From the NCBI GenBank assembly GCA_040754455.1, contig JBFMCP010000027.1, positions 1-43,444 on the forward strand: a DNA stretch of 43,444 nt, written 5' to 3'. The position numbers and the translations under genes were made by a program. Shown here in pieces: positions 9,805-19,522 of this stretch. Under the pieces are notes generated by a model. It was not told the DNA's origin. It searched no databases and was given only the letters and a program-made list of their open reading frames with translations. Source of the stretch: Nitrospirota bacterium (lineage in GTDB: Bacteria > Nitrospirota > Thermodesulfovibrionia > Thermodesulfovibrionales > Dissulfurispiraceae). How positions within the stretch are numbered: position 1 is the stretch's first letter; each line of letters begins with the position of its first letter.

Positions 9805-9950
9805 AAAAAGAAAACAAGGTTAAACCCGATCCATCCGGGAGAGGTCCTTTTAGAGGAGTTCCTCAAGCCCATAGGCATAAGCCAAAACAGGCTTGCTTTG
9901 AGTGTCGGGGTGCCTGCACGAAGGATAAACGAAATTGTCCTTGGGAAAGG
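9805..9950 (+). pseudogene. higA: HigA antitoxin N-terminal remnant
   Basis: [44 protein letters not shown]. There is no in-frame start codon and similarity is lost after LGK. Confidence 0.85.
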
Positions 9951-9991
9951 GGGGTTCCGGCACCCACATCAGACCGCTGGTGCTCTCCGCC

Positions 9992-11143
9992 TCAATATGA
10001 GCTGATGAACTCCGGCATTTCGAAATACTCCTCGGGCAGAACCCCTGCTTCATGTATCTTGCGATGGTGTCCCCCTGATTCGGCAGAGCTTATGAATGCG
10101 GGGACTCCGAAGAATTCTTCGGGCAATTCCGCAGCCTCTGCAACTTCTTCAGGAGCAACGATGCCGCGCACCGTCTCACCGGCCCGCACCCGTCGTGAGG
10201 AAGGGGGCTCCACAGCCTCTCCGGCAGCAGCAGAAAAAAGCTCTGTCTCGGGAACAGCCGTCCTGGGTGCATACGCCGGTTTCGGATGCGATGATGATAG
10301 TGTGATAAAGTCTCCTTTCGCATCAATCACCCCCACCTCGGCCATGTATTCCTTCCCGGGACGAACAGTGATAAAATACTCATCGACCCGCTCCGATATC
10401 GGAAGATAAAAGGCCTCACCTGTCTCGGCATCAATGACCTTGAGATTGAGATTGCCTCTGTAACGGCCGAGGGTTCCCGCGGTAATCTCCCAATAGATGT
10501 AAAGGCGTCTCGGCGTCACGGGCATCGTGACGACCTTATCCACACCGTACTCTTCTGGCAGTGCCGCAGGTTGCTCGGTAATACCTGCTGCCTTCGGCGT
10601 CCTCTTTTTCACTGGTGCTGCTCTTTCAGCCGGCTTTATCGCTCTCTCCGGAGTCTCCGGCGCAGGCTTCGCTGTCGCCTTTTTTGCTCTTTTGGGCGCG
10701 GCTTTTTTCTTCCCGGTTGTGGCTTTGCCCAGTGCCTTTATAATATCTGCTTTCTTAAGACCGCTTCCGAGCGCTATGCCGAGCTCCTTTGCCAAGCCTT
10801 TCAGTTCTGCAACGGTCAGCGCCTCGAGCGGAGTTCTAGCGGCCTTCGGAGAGGGCGTGGCCAGTATCTTTTTTGCCGCCTTCTTCGGAGCTTTTGCTTT
10901 TGGCGTAGCTTTCGGAGCGGCTTTTGTCCGTTTCGTTGTAGCCCTCTTTGTTCCAGTCTTTTTGGCAGCGGGTTTCTTTGCGGCCTTTGCCGCTTTCACC
11001 GTCTTTTTCTGCAGGCCCTTTTTTGCCGAAAGGGCCTTTATGAAATCCGCTTTCTTCCAGCTGCTCTTCGGGGCAATGCCCGCCTTTTTCGCCAGCGTCC
11101 TCAGCTCCGCCATGCTCTTTGCTGCAAGGTCCTCTTTCTTCAT
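9992..11143 (-). CDS. DUF4912 protein with two Rho_N-like motifs and Lys/Ala-rich linkers
   Basis: [26 protein letters not shown] fits DUF4912. The Rho_N-like motifs are [23 protein letters not shown] and [23 protein letters not shown]. Confidence 0.85.
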   Translation of the reverse strand: MKKEDLAAKSMAELRTLAKKAGIAPKSSWKKADFIKALSAKKGLQKKTVKAAKAAKKPAAKKTGTKRATTKRTKAAPKATPKAKAPKKAAKKILATPSPKAARTPLEALTVAELKGLAKELGIALGSGLKKADIIKALGKATTGKKKAAPKRAKKATAKPAPETPERAIKPAERAAPVKKRTPKAAGITEQPAALPEEYGVDKVVTMPVTPRRLYIYWEITAGTLGRYRGNLNLKVIDAETGEAFYLPISERVDEYFITVRPGKEYMAEVGVIDAKGDFITLSSSHPKPAYAPRTAVPETELFSAAAGEAVEPPSSRRVRAGETVRGIVAPEEVAEAAELPEEFFGVPAFISSAESGGHHRKIHEAGVLPEEYFEMPEFISSY

Positions 11144-11334
11144 ATGCTCCTCCGCACCAAGTTAGAGAGAATTGCCGCATCGCCCCTCAGCTCCCTATAA
11201 GAGGTATTATATTACAAATACTTATTAACCTGCCACGTAAAAAAACAACTCCGGAAAACAAGAAGCAAAATCCTAAATCCAGGATCTCTGTTCTCTCTGT
11301 GGCCAAAAGGTTTATACTATATGAGGAGGTGGAT

Positions 11335-11550
11335 ATGGGGAAAATTGCAGTAGATGTCAAAAAAGAGCTCTGTGGAGAGTGCTCGATGGCGCTGCGCCGC
11401 TTCATCGGCAAGATGAAGGGAGTAAACTCGATCGATGTGGAGAATGAAAAGGTCGTCATCGATTTTGATGACCTGAAAATCAGTAAAGAAGACCTCTTCA
11501 GGATCACGAGGGACAGCATAGAAAAGCTGGGATATAAAGTTGAAAGCTAG
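11335..11550 (+). CDS. Heavy-metal-associated (HMA/CopZ-like) protein, 71 aa
   Basis: RBS GAGGAGG before the ATG at 11335. CGEC motif, GVNSIDV, and a C-terminal IEKLGY. Confidence 0.85.
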   Translation: MGKIAVDVKKELCGECSMALRRFIGKMKGVNSIDVENEKVVIDFDDLKISKEDLFRITRDSIEKLGYKVES

Positions 11551-11571
11551 GCGTGCATCCACACCATAAAG

Positions 11572-11659
<88 letters not shown>

Positions 11660-11792
11660 ATTTGCGGAGCGTCAACTATAAATACTATCAGACATTACAA
11701 GGAAATTTCTACACGATCACCCTGCTGGACCACCGAAGTTCCCCGATAATTCAAGTAGAATAGAAAGCACCGCGAGGCGAAAAGGAGATACT

Positions 11793-12335
11793 ATGAAAAA
11801 ACTCACCAAGTACTTTTTCGAAGGCCTGTTGTTTCTGACCCCCATTGCGGTTACCGTCTACGTCTTGTACTTCGTCTTCTCGAAGATAGACCACATTTTC
11901 CGGTTCAGCATACCCGGCCTGGGCTTTCTGGCAACCATCGCCTTGATAACCATGATAGGGTTCCTCGTCTCGACCTTTTTTGCAAAGGGGCTGGCGATAG
12001 TGATCGACAATCTCTTCAGCCGCATGCCGCTCACCAAGATGATCTATACCTCGATAAAGGACCTCATCAACGCCTTCGTGGGTGAAAAAAAGCGGTTCAG
12101 CAAACCGGTGCTGGTAGCGCTCGCGCCGGGGAGCACTGTGCAGATTATCGGCTTCGTAACCCGTGAGAGCCTGGAAACCCTAGGCTTGCCGGGAAGCGTT
12201 GCAGTATACATCCCGCAGTCATATAATTTCGCTGGGAATCTGGTCGTTGTTTCAAAAGAGCAGGTCACGCCGATCAATGCCGACAGCGGCAATGTAATGG
12301 CGTTTATTGTTTCGGGAGGAGTAACAGCACCGTAA
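11793..12335 (+). CDS. DUF502 membrane protein
   Basis: Two N-terminal TM segments, IYTSIKDL, IGFVT, VAVYIPQSYNFAG and FIVSGG. Confidence 0.88.
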   Translation: MKKLTKYFFEGLLFLTPIAVTVYVLYFVFSKIDHIFRFSIPGLGFLATIALITMIGFLVSTFFAKGLAIVIDNLFSRMPLTKMIYTSIKDLINAFVGEKKRFSKPVLVALAPGSTVQIIGFVTRESLETLGLPGSVAVYIPQSYNFAGNLVVVSKEQVTPINADSGNVMAFIVSGGVTAP

Positions 12336-12426
12336 AGCAGAGAGCATCATTCGTCAGGCACCACGCGTAAAAGATACAGAACAGCTATTTTTACGTTCAA
12401 CGCTTGACACTCGACGCACGACGTAT

Positions 12427-12861
12427 TTACACTTTCAAAAGCACCATACCCGATGCGGGATCCAATTCCCTCGCTGCAGTGACGCCCTTCACCTCGATGA
12501 CAATCGCCTCAAGAACGAGAAAGGTCTGCGCATTTTCTCTCATGCAACCGACTTTGACGACATCACGTTTCGCGTAGGCGCCGTGAAAGTGGAGCTTCGG
12601 CTCATCCCCTTGCCAGAAGATGGTGCCAAGCCCGACGATCTCATGGCTCTCATTGAGCTCCCGCCATATCGGCACCGGGGGCATCTCCTCCTTTTCAGGT
12701 CCGACCACGAACCTGCCGCTCTTCATCCCGCCAACGAGGTAGAAGACCCCTGCCCGTATATTCTCTTTCTTGGCAATCTCGCCCAGCCCCTGCAGAATGT
12801 TGTCTCCATCCTCGAACCGCGCGACGACGATCCTGCCGGGTTCACCGATCTGGTATTTCAT
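12427..12861 (-). CDS. PPC/DUF296 domain protein
   Basis: VARFEDGD, EIVGLGTI and PKLHFHG. Confidence 0.85.
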   Translation of the reverse strand: MKYQIGEPGRIVVARFEDGDNILQGLGEIAKKENIRAGVFYLVGGMKSGRFVVGPEKEEMPPVPIWRELNESHEIVGLGTIFWQGDEPKLHFHGAYAKRDVVKVGCMRENAQTFLVLEAIVIEVKGVTAARELDPASGMVLLKV

Positions 12862-12951
12862 CTAACCTCCTCTATTCGCAACAAGCAATCCATAACACGC
12901 CATCTGCACTGCACAATTGATTTCTCTTTTCTCTTATATACTTTTTACTCA

Positions 12952-13980
12952 TTACCCGTTACGCATTACGGAATTAATTGCTTTTAACACTCTTTCTATT
13001 GTCACATCGTCCATGCAGCGCATGGTTTTACAGCTCTTTTTGTAGCAGGGAGCACACACGGCGTCCGTCTGCAGAATCGCATTGTTCTTGCCGTAGGGTC
13101 CTGTCCTCACGGGATTTGTCGGGCCGAAGATCGCGACGACAGGGATGCCGCACGCTGCCGCAATGTGCATGGGGCCCGAGTCGTTGGTGATGGCCAACCT
13201 GGCGCCGCGGATGATCGATATAAGCTCTTTGAGGTCGGTCTTACCCGCCATTGACCATGCCTTCCCTCCCGAGGCGGACTCAATTTCCTTTCCCATCTCC
13301 GCATCGGAGAGTGCGCCGATGACAACACTCCTCATCGGCAGGAATGAGGCGATCGTACCGAATCGGCGTGCAGGCCATCGCTTCGTCATCCAGCGTGCGC
13401 CGGGAACAATGACCGCGTAGCTTCCCATCTCCTCTTTCAGGAGCTGCACCTTTTTGGATTCCTTGATGAGGGGGAGCGGAAAGCGCACTGCCTTTATCTC
13501 ACAGCCGAGTGCAGCGGCGATCTTCAGATAACGGTCGACGGCATGTATCTCCCTGCCTCCCGTAACCTTGTGGGTATAGAAAAGACCGCTCCCCTCACGA
13601 GCCTCCCCGAACCCCACCCTGATCGGTGCCAAGGTCGCCCTGGTTATAAGGCCGCTTCTCAGCAGGCCCTGGAGGTCGACAGTGATATCGAACCGCTCAT
13701 CCCTGAGCGCACGAAAGAGTTCCCGGACCTCTGTGACGGTGCCCTTTATTCTCCTGACGTTCTTCCACTGGTCCTTGTTGATAATCCAGAGCTTATGTAC
13801 CATGGGGTGACTGTCGAGCAGCCCCTCAAGTCCCCTGGCGATCACCCAATGGATCTCCGCCGTGCGGAAGGTCTCGTTCATTGCATCGAGGAACGGCAGA
13901 CTGTGCACCACATCCCCGAGCGAGCTCGGCTTGATGATCAGGACCTTCCTGGGAAGTTTCTTAATGCTGATTGTTTTCAT
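12952..13980 (-). CDS. LPS heptosyltransferase (GT9, WaaC/WaaF-like)
   Basis: KPSSLGDVVH, DLQGLLRS and NDSGPMHIAAA..FGPT. Confidence 0.92.
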   Translation of the reverse strand: MKTISIKKLPRKVLIIKPSSLGDVVHSLPFLDAMNETFRTAEIHWVIARGLEGLLDSHPMVHKLWIINKDQWKNVRRIKGTVTEVRELFRALRDERFDITVDLQGLLRSGLITRATLAPIRVGFGEAREGSGLFYTHKVTGGREIHAVDRYLKIAAALGCEIKAVRFPLPLIKESKKVQLLKEEMGSYAVIVPGARWMTKRWPARRFGTIASFLPMRSVVIGALSDAEMGKEIESASGGKAWSMAGKTDLKELISIIRGARLAITNDSGPMHIAAACGIPVVAIFGPTNPVRTGPYGKNNAILQTDAVCAPCYKKSCKTMRCMDDVTIERVLKAINSVMRNG

Positions 13981-15538
13981 GCGCCATGATTATCTTTACA
14001 GCGTCTTTCAATGTGTCGACCACAACGTCGGCATACGGCGATTCCTTCTGCTTCCCCGTGGTAACGAGGATCCCCTGTGCACCAACTGCCTTTGCGAGCA
14101 GCATATCGGCGTCCTTATCGCCCACCACATACGACTGTCTGAGATTGATGCCGTGCAGCGCCCGCGCCTTCAACAGCATATCGGGTTCGGGCTTCCTGCA
14201 TGAGCAGAGTTCGTCAGGTCCGTGGGGACAGTAATAAAAGTCATCGAACCCGTACCTTTCAGTAAATACCTTATTAACGTCCTTTACAAATGACTCGCTG
14301 ACGAGTCCCCGATCGATGCCTGACTGGTTGGTTATGCCGATGATGGAGAACCCTGCCTCTTTCAATGTCCTCACCTGCTCTGTTTCGGGGAACACCTCGA
14401 AGTCCTTCCAGTTGTTCAGATAATGGGCATCCCTGCAGAGGGTCCCGTCCCGGTCGAAAAAAACCGCCCGCTTCCGGGGGAGCATATCTTTAATTTTAAA
14501 GAAGACTTCTTCGGATGTCACGGTATACATGCAGCGCAGGTCTCCATTGGTACAGGTACGCTCAAAGCAGGGGCTGCAGGAGAAATCTTTCTTGATGACC
14601 GTATTCCGGTAACCGACAGGGCCGGTCAGATCAGGAGCAGTGGAACCGAAGATCGCCACCACCGGCGTGCCTACGCCATAGGCAAGGTGCATGGGACCTG
14701 AATCATTGGTGAGGAGGACATCACACTCCGCGATAAGCGCCATAAGCTCCCGGAGGGAGGTCTTTCCCGCGACATTCATAAGCATGTGCGTCTCATCATC
14801 GGACGGCTCGGCACCGGCATACACCCCCAGCTGGCCTTTGGCCAGCTTCTCGATCGCCTCGGCAATCGCCATTTCACTCTTTCCGCCGAAAATGAGAACG
14901 CTCCCTTTTGTCTCTTTTATGAACCAGCCGGCGACCTCTGCGAATCTGCCGGGCAGCCAGCGTTTCGCAGATCCGAAGGTTGCGCCGGGATTTATACCCA
15001 GGACGGGCCTGTTCAATGAGGCTATCCGTTCACGTGTCGCCAGCCGTTCTTCGAGTGCAAGGTAGATCCAGGGATGCCGGTAATCAGCAGGGATGCCTGC
15101 TGCGTTGAGGAGGTTGAGGTAGTAGGTGATATGGTGGATCTTCCTGTCGTCATTATTATAGGCAATAGGCTTGGTAAGGAGAAACCCCCGCCCGTCGCGA
15201 TTATAGCCAATCCGCTCCGGTATGCCGGCGAGGAAAGCGATCAGCGCTGCATCAAAGGCATTCTGGAGCAGGATCGCCTTTGAAAACCTTTTTTTTCTCA
15301 AAGCACAGGCAAGCTGCAGTTTCCCGACAGGCCCTTCGAACCTTTCTTCATAAACGATAATCTCATCCACATGCGGGTCGCCTTCGAATACCGGCACCAC
15401 CGCAGGCTTGACCAGCAGGCTGATCTTTGTCCCCTTATGTGCCCTCTTCAGCGCTCTTATGGCGGGGATGGTCATGACTGCATCGCCGATCCAGTTGACT
15501 CCCCGGACGAGAATACTATTGATAAAACGCTCAGACAT
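13961..15538 (-). CDS. waaF: Heptosyltransferase II fused to a GmhB-like heptose-1,7-bisphosphate phosphatase
   Basis: GT9 part: NWIGDAVM, NPGATFGSAKRW, NDSGPMH. HAD-IIIA part: FFDRDGTL, TNQSGI, CPH..CSCRKP, VGDKDAD. Confidence 0.92.
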   Translation of the reverse strand: MSERFINSILVRGVNWIGDAVMTIPAIRALKRAHKGTKISLLVKPAVVPVFEGDPHVDEIIVYEERFEGPVGKLQLACALRKKRFSKAILLQNAFDAALIAFLAGIPERIGYNRDGRGFLLTKPIAYNNDDRKIHHITYYLNLLNAAGIPADYRHPWIYLALEERLATRERIASLNRPVLGINPGATFGSAKRWLPGRFAEVAGWFIKETKGSVLIFGGKSEMAIAEAIEKLAKGQLGVYAGAEPSDDETHMLMNVAGKTSLRELMALIAECDVLLTNDSGPMHLAYGVGTPVVAIFGSTAPDLTGPVGYRNTVIKKDFSCSPCFERTCTNGDLRCMYTVTSEEVFFKIKDMLPRKRAVFFDRDGTLCRDAHYLNNWKDFEVFPETEQVRTLKEAGFSIIGITNQSGIDRGLVSESFVKDVNKVFTERYGFDDFYYCPHGPDELCSCRKPEPDMLLKARALHGINLRQSYVVGDKDADMLLAKAVGAQGILVTTGKQKESPYADVVVDTLKDAVKIIMAHENNQH

Positions 15539-15677
15539 CGTACTTCGTAGTTTACCACGGAGCCGCCTTCCGCATCACCAGGACGTGTACCGGAAAATTA
15601 CTGAGCGTGCGCACAGGCAGAATTTTCAAGATAATGCCCAAACGCATAAGTCCTGTTTAAAAAATTCTACGAACACC

Positions 15678-15730
15678 TTGACAATAATTATTCTAATTTG
15701 ATAATCTTTATTCAAATAGAATTAATCTAA
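15678..15730 (+). promoter_or_regulatory. Sigma70 promoter overlapped by two Per/Fur-type boxes
   Basis: TTGACA at 15678-15683 and GATAAT at 15700-15705. The boxes CAATAATTATTCTAA (15682-15696) and ATAGAATTAATCTAA (15716-15730) approximate a 7-1-7 palindrome TTAGAAT-N-ATTCTAA. Confidence 0.65.
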
Positions 15731-15742
15731 AAAGGTAGTGAA

Positions 15743-16162
15743 ATGGAACATCTGAGAAAAAAAGGGCTGAAGCTGACTCCCCAGAGGCTGGCGATTTTCG
15801 ATTATCTGAAGGGTAATACCGACCACCCCTCGGCAGAAGAGATCTACCAGGCCGTATCAAAAAAGTTCCCGACCATGTCCTTTGCAACGGTGTACAACAC
15901 TCTCGAAACATTGCGGAAGAGGGGCGAGATTCTGGCGCTGACCATTGATTTCGACAGGAAGCGCTTTGACCCCACCACCAAACCGCACCACCATTTGATA
16001 TGCGTAACCTGCAAACGCATTGTCGATATACAGAACAAATTCGAGCTCCATGTGCCGCACGAGATCGAAGCCGATTTCGACATCATCGGCAACCATGTCG
16101 AGTTTTACGGCATCTGCAGCCAGTGCAAGAAAAAGGAACGCGAGGGATTTAAAGGCGCGTAA
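15743..16162 (+). CDS. perR: Fur-family peroxide regulator PerR
   Basis: TPQRLAI, HPSAEEIY, ATVYNTL, RFD, HHHLICVTC..IVD (Asp typical of PerR) and CSQC. It heads the peroxide-defence genes. Confidence 0.85.
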   Translation: MEHLRKKGLKLTPQRLAIFDYLKGNTDHPSAEEIYQAVSKKFPTMSFATVYNTLETLRKRGEILALTIDFDRKRFDPTTKPHHHLICVTCKRIVDIQNKFELHVPHEIEADFDIIGNHVEFYGICSQCKKKEREGFKGA

Positions 16163-16274
16163 TTATCGGATACAATTTTTTTTAAGGATACAGAAGGACG
16201 TATTTATGATCGATGCACGCAATCCAAAGGGAGCCTTTGGTTCCTGAATACAAATTTCCGAGAGAGGTTTTGCC

Positions 16275-16910
16275 ATGAATGAGCATGTATGCGGACTGAG
16301 AGTCGGGCAAACAGTGCCTGACTTCACCATCGAGACCTATGAACCCACCAAGGGCGATTTCGGTGTACGCAGCCTTGAGGAGCAGAAGAAAGCGGGCAAA
16401 TGGACTATTCTCTTTTTCTATCCCGCTGACTTCACCTTTGTCTGAGCGACCGAATTCGCTGATCTGGCGGATCAGTACGAGAACATCAAGGCAGCCAACG
16501 CCGAATTGATCACGGTAAGTACGGATACGAAATTTGTACATCTCGCCTGGCAGACGAGCGAGAAGCTCCTCGAGAAGGTCAAATACCCCATGGGCGCAGA
16601 CCCTACGGGAAGACTTTCCCGGCTCTTCGGCATCTATGATGAAGAGACCGGCCTTGCTTTGCGGGGCACCTATCTCATCAGCCCTGAAGGGAAGCTCCTC
16701 GGCTCCGAAGTCAATTTCTACAATGTCGGCAGGAACTCTGAAGAGCTCCTCCGGAGGCTCCAGGCCAGCGATTATCTCAAGGGGGCCCCTGAAGAAGCAT
16801 GCCCTGCCCGCTGGACAAAGGGAGAAAAGACCCTGAAGCCCTCGGCAGAGATGGTCGGCAAGGTCTACGAAGCGTTGCAGGAACAGAACACCGTCGGCGC
16901 AGGCCGGTAA
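16275..16910 (+). CDS. Selenocysteine-containing AhpC-type peroxiredoxin, 211 aa, Sec57
   Basis: The frame from ATG 16275 reads FYPADFTFV-TGA(16443-16445)-ATEFADL, so UGA is at the peroxidatic Cys. The resolving ACPARW is present and a hairpin follows the UGA. The ORF track shows only the 3' piece. Confidence 0.9.
16455..16481 (+). promoter_or_regulatory. Putative SECIS of the peroxiredoxin
   Basis: CTGATC-TGGCG-GATCAG with a lower TCG/CGA stem. The loop starts 19 nt after the UGA. Confidence 0.7.
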
Positions 16911-16947
16911 AAAACGAAAGCACGTTGCCTTACCTGTTTTTGTGGCC

Positions 16948-16976
16948 TCAAACAGGAGATTTTATCTCCTGTTTGA
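16948..16976. repeat. Perfect 13-bp inverted repeat between the peroxiredoxin and rubredoxin genes
   Basis: TCAAACAGGAGAT-TTT-ATCTCCTGTTTGA. Confidence 0.75.
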
Positions 16977-16999
16977 ACAGCCGGAAGGAGGAAATTATC

Positions 17000-17182
17000 A
17001 TGGCTGAAGCAACTTCAAATACGTCTCACGTGTGCCAATTATGCGGGTATATCTACAACCCGGAAAAAGGCGACAAGAAGGGGAACATCCCAGCGGGCGT
17101 TTCCTTCGAGGAATTATCCGAAGAATGGCATTGTCCGCTCTGCGGTGCAAGGAAATCACGCTTCGCATCGATGCTTGAGTAA
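17000..17182 (+). CDS. Rubredoxin, 60 aa
   Basis: RBS AGGAGG. CQLCGYIY..WHCPLCG. Confidence 0.93.
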   Translation: MAEATSNTSHVCQLCGYIYNPEKGDKKGNIPAGVSFEELSEEWHCPLCGARKSRFASMLE

Positions 17183-17193
17183 GGAGGGAGATC

Positions 17194-17637
17194 ATGTGCA
17201 TAGCTTGTGAAAAAAGGTGCAAGTGCGGCTGTCAATCAGCGGCATTCCATTTCAGAGATAATATCATGTCCCACGAGGTGATCAAGGAACTCTACTGCCC
17301 CTTCTGTTCCTCTGATATTACGGTGGATCCCGACAGCATGATCGTTGACAACGGATGGGTTATTGAATACGATATGGAAAGAATCGACTTTTACAAAAAC
17401 AAAATCGCTGCCGCAACGCTTACCCCCGGTGTCGTATTTGATGAGGGCTATTGCACGTGGCACGGCATGTATCCCGGTGACCATCATGAGAGTGTAAGAG
17501 AGCGGGAAGAGATCGCAGCGCTGGCCAAGAAGGATCCCCTGCTCTACCTTAAAACAATCCGCTCCTGGGCGACCGAGAGGATCACCCGGCTGCAACGAGA
17601 AGGGTGGCGAAAAGCCATGAACGGGTCTGTTGAATAG
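17194..17637 (+). CDS. Cys-rich hypothetical protein
   Basis: RBS and operon spacing. Motifs MCIACEKRCKCGC, YCPFC and GYCTW. I do not recognise the family. Confidence 0.75.
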   Translation: MCIACEKRCKCGCQSAAFHFRDNIMSHEVIKELYCPFCSSDITVDPDSMIVDNGWVIEYDMERIDFYKNKIAAATLTPGVVFDEGYCTWHGMYPGDHHESVREREEIAALAKKDPLLYLKTIRSWATERITRLQREGWRKAMNGSVE

Positions 17638-17729
17638 CATCTGACCGAAGAACAATGGATGAGGAGAGCCGCAAATAGGTACAATAGTCGTGCGGCATAT
17701 ATATTCCAGGAAAACGGAGGCTTTTTTCT

Positions 17730-18944
17730 ATGAAGGCAGTTGAGATCAAAAACGGTATTTACTGGGTAGGCGCGATCGATTGGGCGGTACGGGACTTCCA
17801 CGGCTACGAAACGCCCCGCGGCACAACGTACAACAACTATCTCATTATGGATGACGAAATCACCCTGATCGATACCGTCAAGCACGACTTTGCCGATAGC
17901 ATGTTAAAGAACATCCGGAGCGTCGTCGACCCCTCGAAGATAAAGCATATGGTGGTAAACCACATCGAGAACGACCATGCCACCGGTCTCGACAGCATCA
18001 TGGAGCTGACACCGAACGCCACCGTTTACCTCACCGAAAAGGGCAAGAAGGGACTCGAAAAATTCTTCGATATAACGAAGTGGAACATGAAGGTCGTCAA
18101 GACCGGCGATACGCTCACCATCGGGAAAAGGACGCTCCTCTTTCTCGAGACCCCGATGCTTCATTGGCCCGATTCCATGATGACCTATATAAAAGAGGAC
18201 AAGGTCCTCGTCAGCCAGGACGGCTTCGGACAGCATATTGCATCGGCAGTGCGCTTCGATGATGAATTCATCACCTGCGAATCCATGGCCGAGCTCGAGG
18301 ACGCCGTCATCGACTACTATGCGAATATCCTCATGCCCTTCGGCCAGATCATAAAGACAAAGCTCGCCGAGGTACAAAAGCTCGGCCTCGATATCGACAT
18401 CATCGCGCCTGATCACGGCGTCATCTGGAGATCCAACCCCAGGAAAGTGCTGCAAATGTACATGGACATGGCAAGTGGAAAAGCAGGCAACTGTGTCTCG
18501 ATCATCTACGACACCATGTGGCACAGCACCGAGCAGATGACCTCTCCCATGATGCAGGGCATCAAGGATGAAGGGATGGACTGCAAGGTCATCAAGCTGC
18601 GCGCCACCCCGATGAGCGTCGCCATTAAAGAATTCTGGAAGTCGCGGGGGTGTCTCATCGGCACGCCGACGCTCAATAATATCATGTATCCCACCATCGC
18701 CCAGTTCCTCACACATCTCAGGGGACTACGGCCGAAAAACAGGATCGTCGGCGCCTTCGGCAGTTACGGCTGGGGCGGCGGCGCCGTGAAAGAGGCATAC
18801 GAGGAATTCAAGAAGATGGGGCTCGAGACATTCGAGCCGGGCCTGCAGATACTCTACAGGCCGTCTTCTGAGGACGAGGCGAAGTGCTACGAGTTCGGCA
18901 GGGAGTTTGCGAAGAAGACGAAAGAGTACCATCAGAAATTTTAG
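17730..18944 (+). CDS. fprA: Flavodiiron protein (FprA/ROO, O2 or NO reductase)
   Basis: GTTYNNYL, HIENDH, HWPDSM, QDGFGQH, PDHG and a flavodoxin domain with TMWHSTE and FGSYGWGG. Confidence 0.95.
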   Translation: MKAVEIKNGIYWVGAIDWAVRDFHGYETPRGTTYNNYLIMDDEITLIDTVKHDFADSMLKNIRSVVDPSKIKHMVVNHIENDHATGLDSIMELTPNATVYLTEKGKKGLEKFFDITKWNMKVVKTGDTLTIGKRTLLFLETPMLHWPDSMMTYIKEDKVLVSQDGFGQHIASAVRFDDEFITCESMAELEDAVIDYYANILMPFGQIIKTKLAEVQKLGLDIDIIAPDHGVIWRSNPRKVLQMYMDMASGKAGNCVSIIYDTMWHSTEQMTSPMMQGIKDEGMDCKVIKLRATPMSVAIKEFWKSRGCLIGTPTLNNIMYPTIAQFLTHLRGLRPKNRIVGAFGSYGWGGGAVKEAYEEFKKMGLETFEPGLQILYRPSSEDEAKCYEFGREFAKKTKEYHQKF

Positions 18945-18966
18945 CCAATATTCCAAGGAGGACGGT

Positions 18967-19461
18967 ATGAGCACATCGGAAAAGAATTTATGGGAAGCCT
19001 TTGCAGGCGAGAGCCAGGCAAACAGGAAGTATCTTGCCTTTGCAAAGAAAGCCGAGAGCGAGGGATATAAGCAGATTGCGAAATTATTCAGGGCTGCTGC
19101 CGAGGCGGAGACGGTCCACGCCCATAATCATCTGAGAGAGCTTGCAGGGGTCAAGAGCACAAAAGAGAACCTCGAAGCCGCTCTCAACGGCGAGGTGTAT
19201 GAATTCCAGAAAATGTACCCCAAGATGATCGAGGAGGCACAGGCTGAAAACAATAAATGCGCGCTGAAGACCTTCACCTATGCCAATGAGGTCGAGAAGG
19301 TCCATGCAGAGCTCTTCAGAAAAGCCATCGAAAACCTCGGAAAGAATCCCGAGACCGATTACCATGTCTGCTCGGTCTGCGGACATACCGTAGAAGGCGA
19401 AGCGCCCGACACCTGTCCTGTCTGCGGTGCGAAAAAGCAGGCCTTCAAGAAGGTAGATTAG
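18967..19461 (+). CDS. rbr: Rubrerythrin
   Basis: AFAGESQA, EAETVHA, GEVYE, EKVH and the C-terminal CSVCG..CPVCG. RBS before ATG 18967. Confidence 0.95.
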   Translation: MSTSEKNLWEAFAGESQANRKYLAFAKKAESEGYKQIAKLFRAAAEAETVHAHNHLRELAGVKSTKENLEAALNGEVYEFQKMYPKMIEEAQAENNKCALKTFTYANEVEKVHAELFRKAIENLGKNPETDYHVCSVCGHTVEGEAPDTCPVCGAKKQAFKKVD

Positions 19462-19522
19462 TACTGCTGGTAGTCTTCATCATCGATAAACATTCGCAGA
19501 GATCAAGAAGGAGATATCCGGT

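Noticed and set aside
10527..11200. Phe/Ala-rich plus-strand ORFs that look like membrane proteins
   Set aside because: Reverse complement of the Lys/Ala-rich region of the DUF4912 gene.
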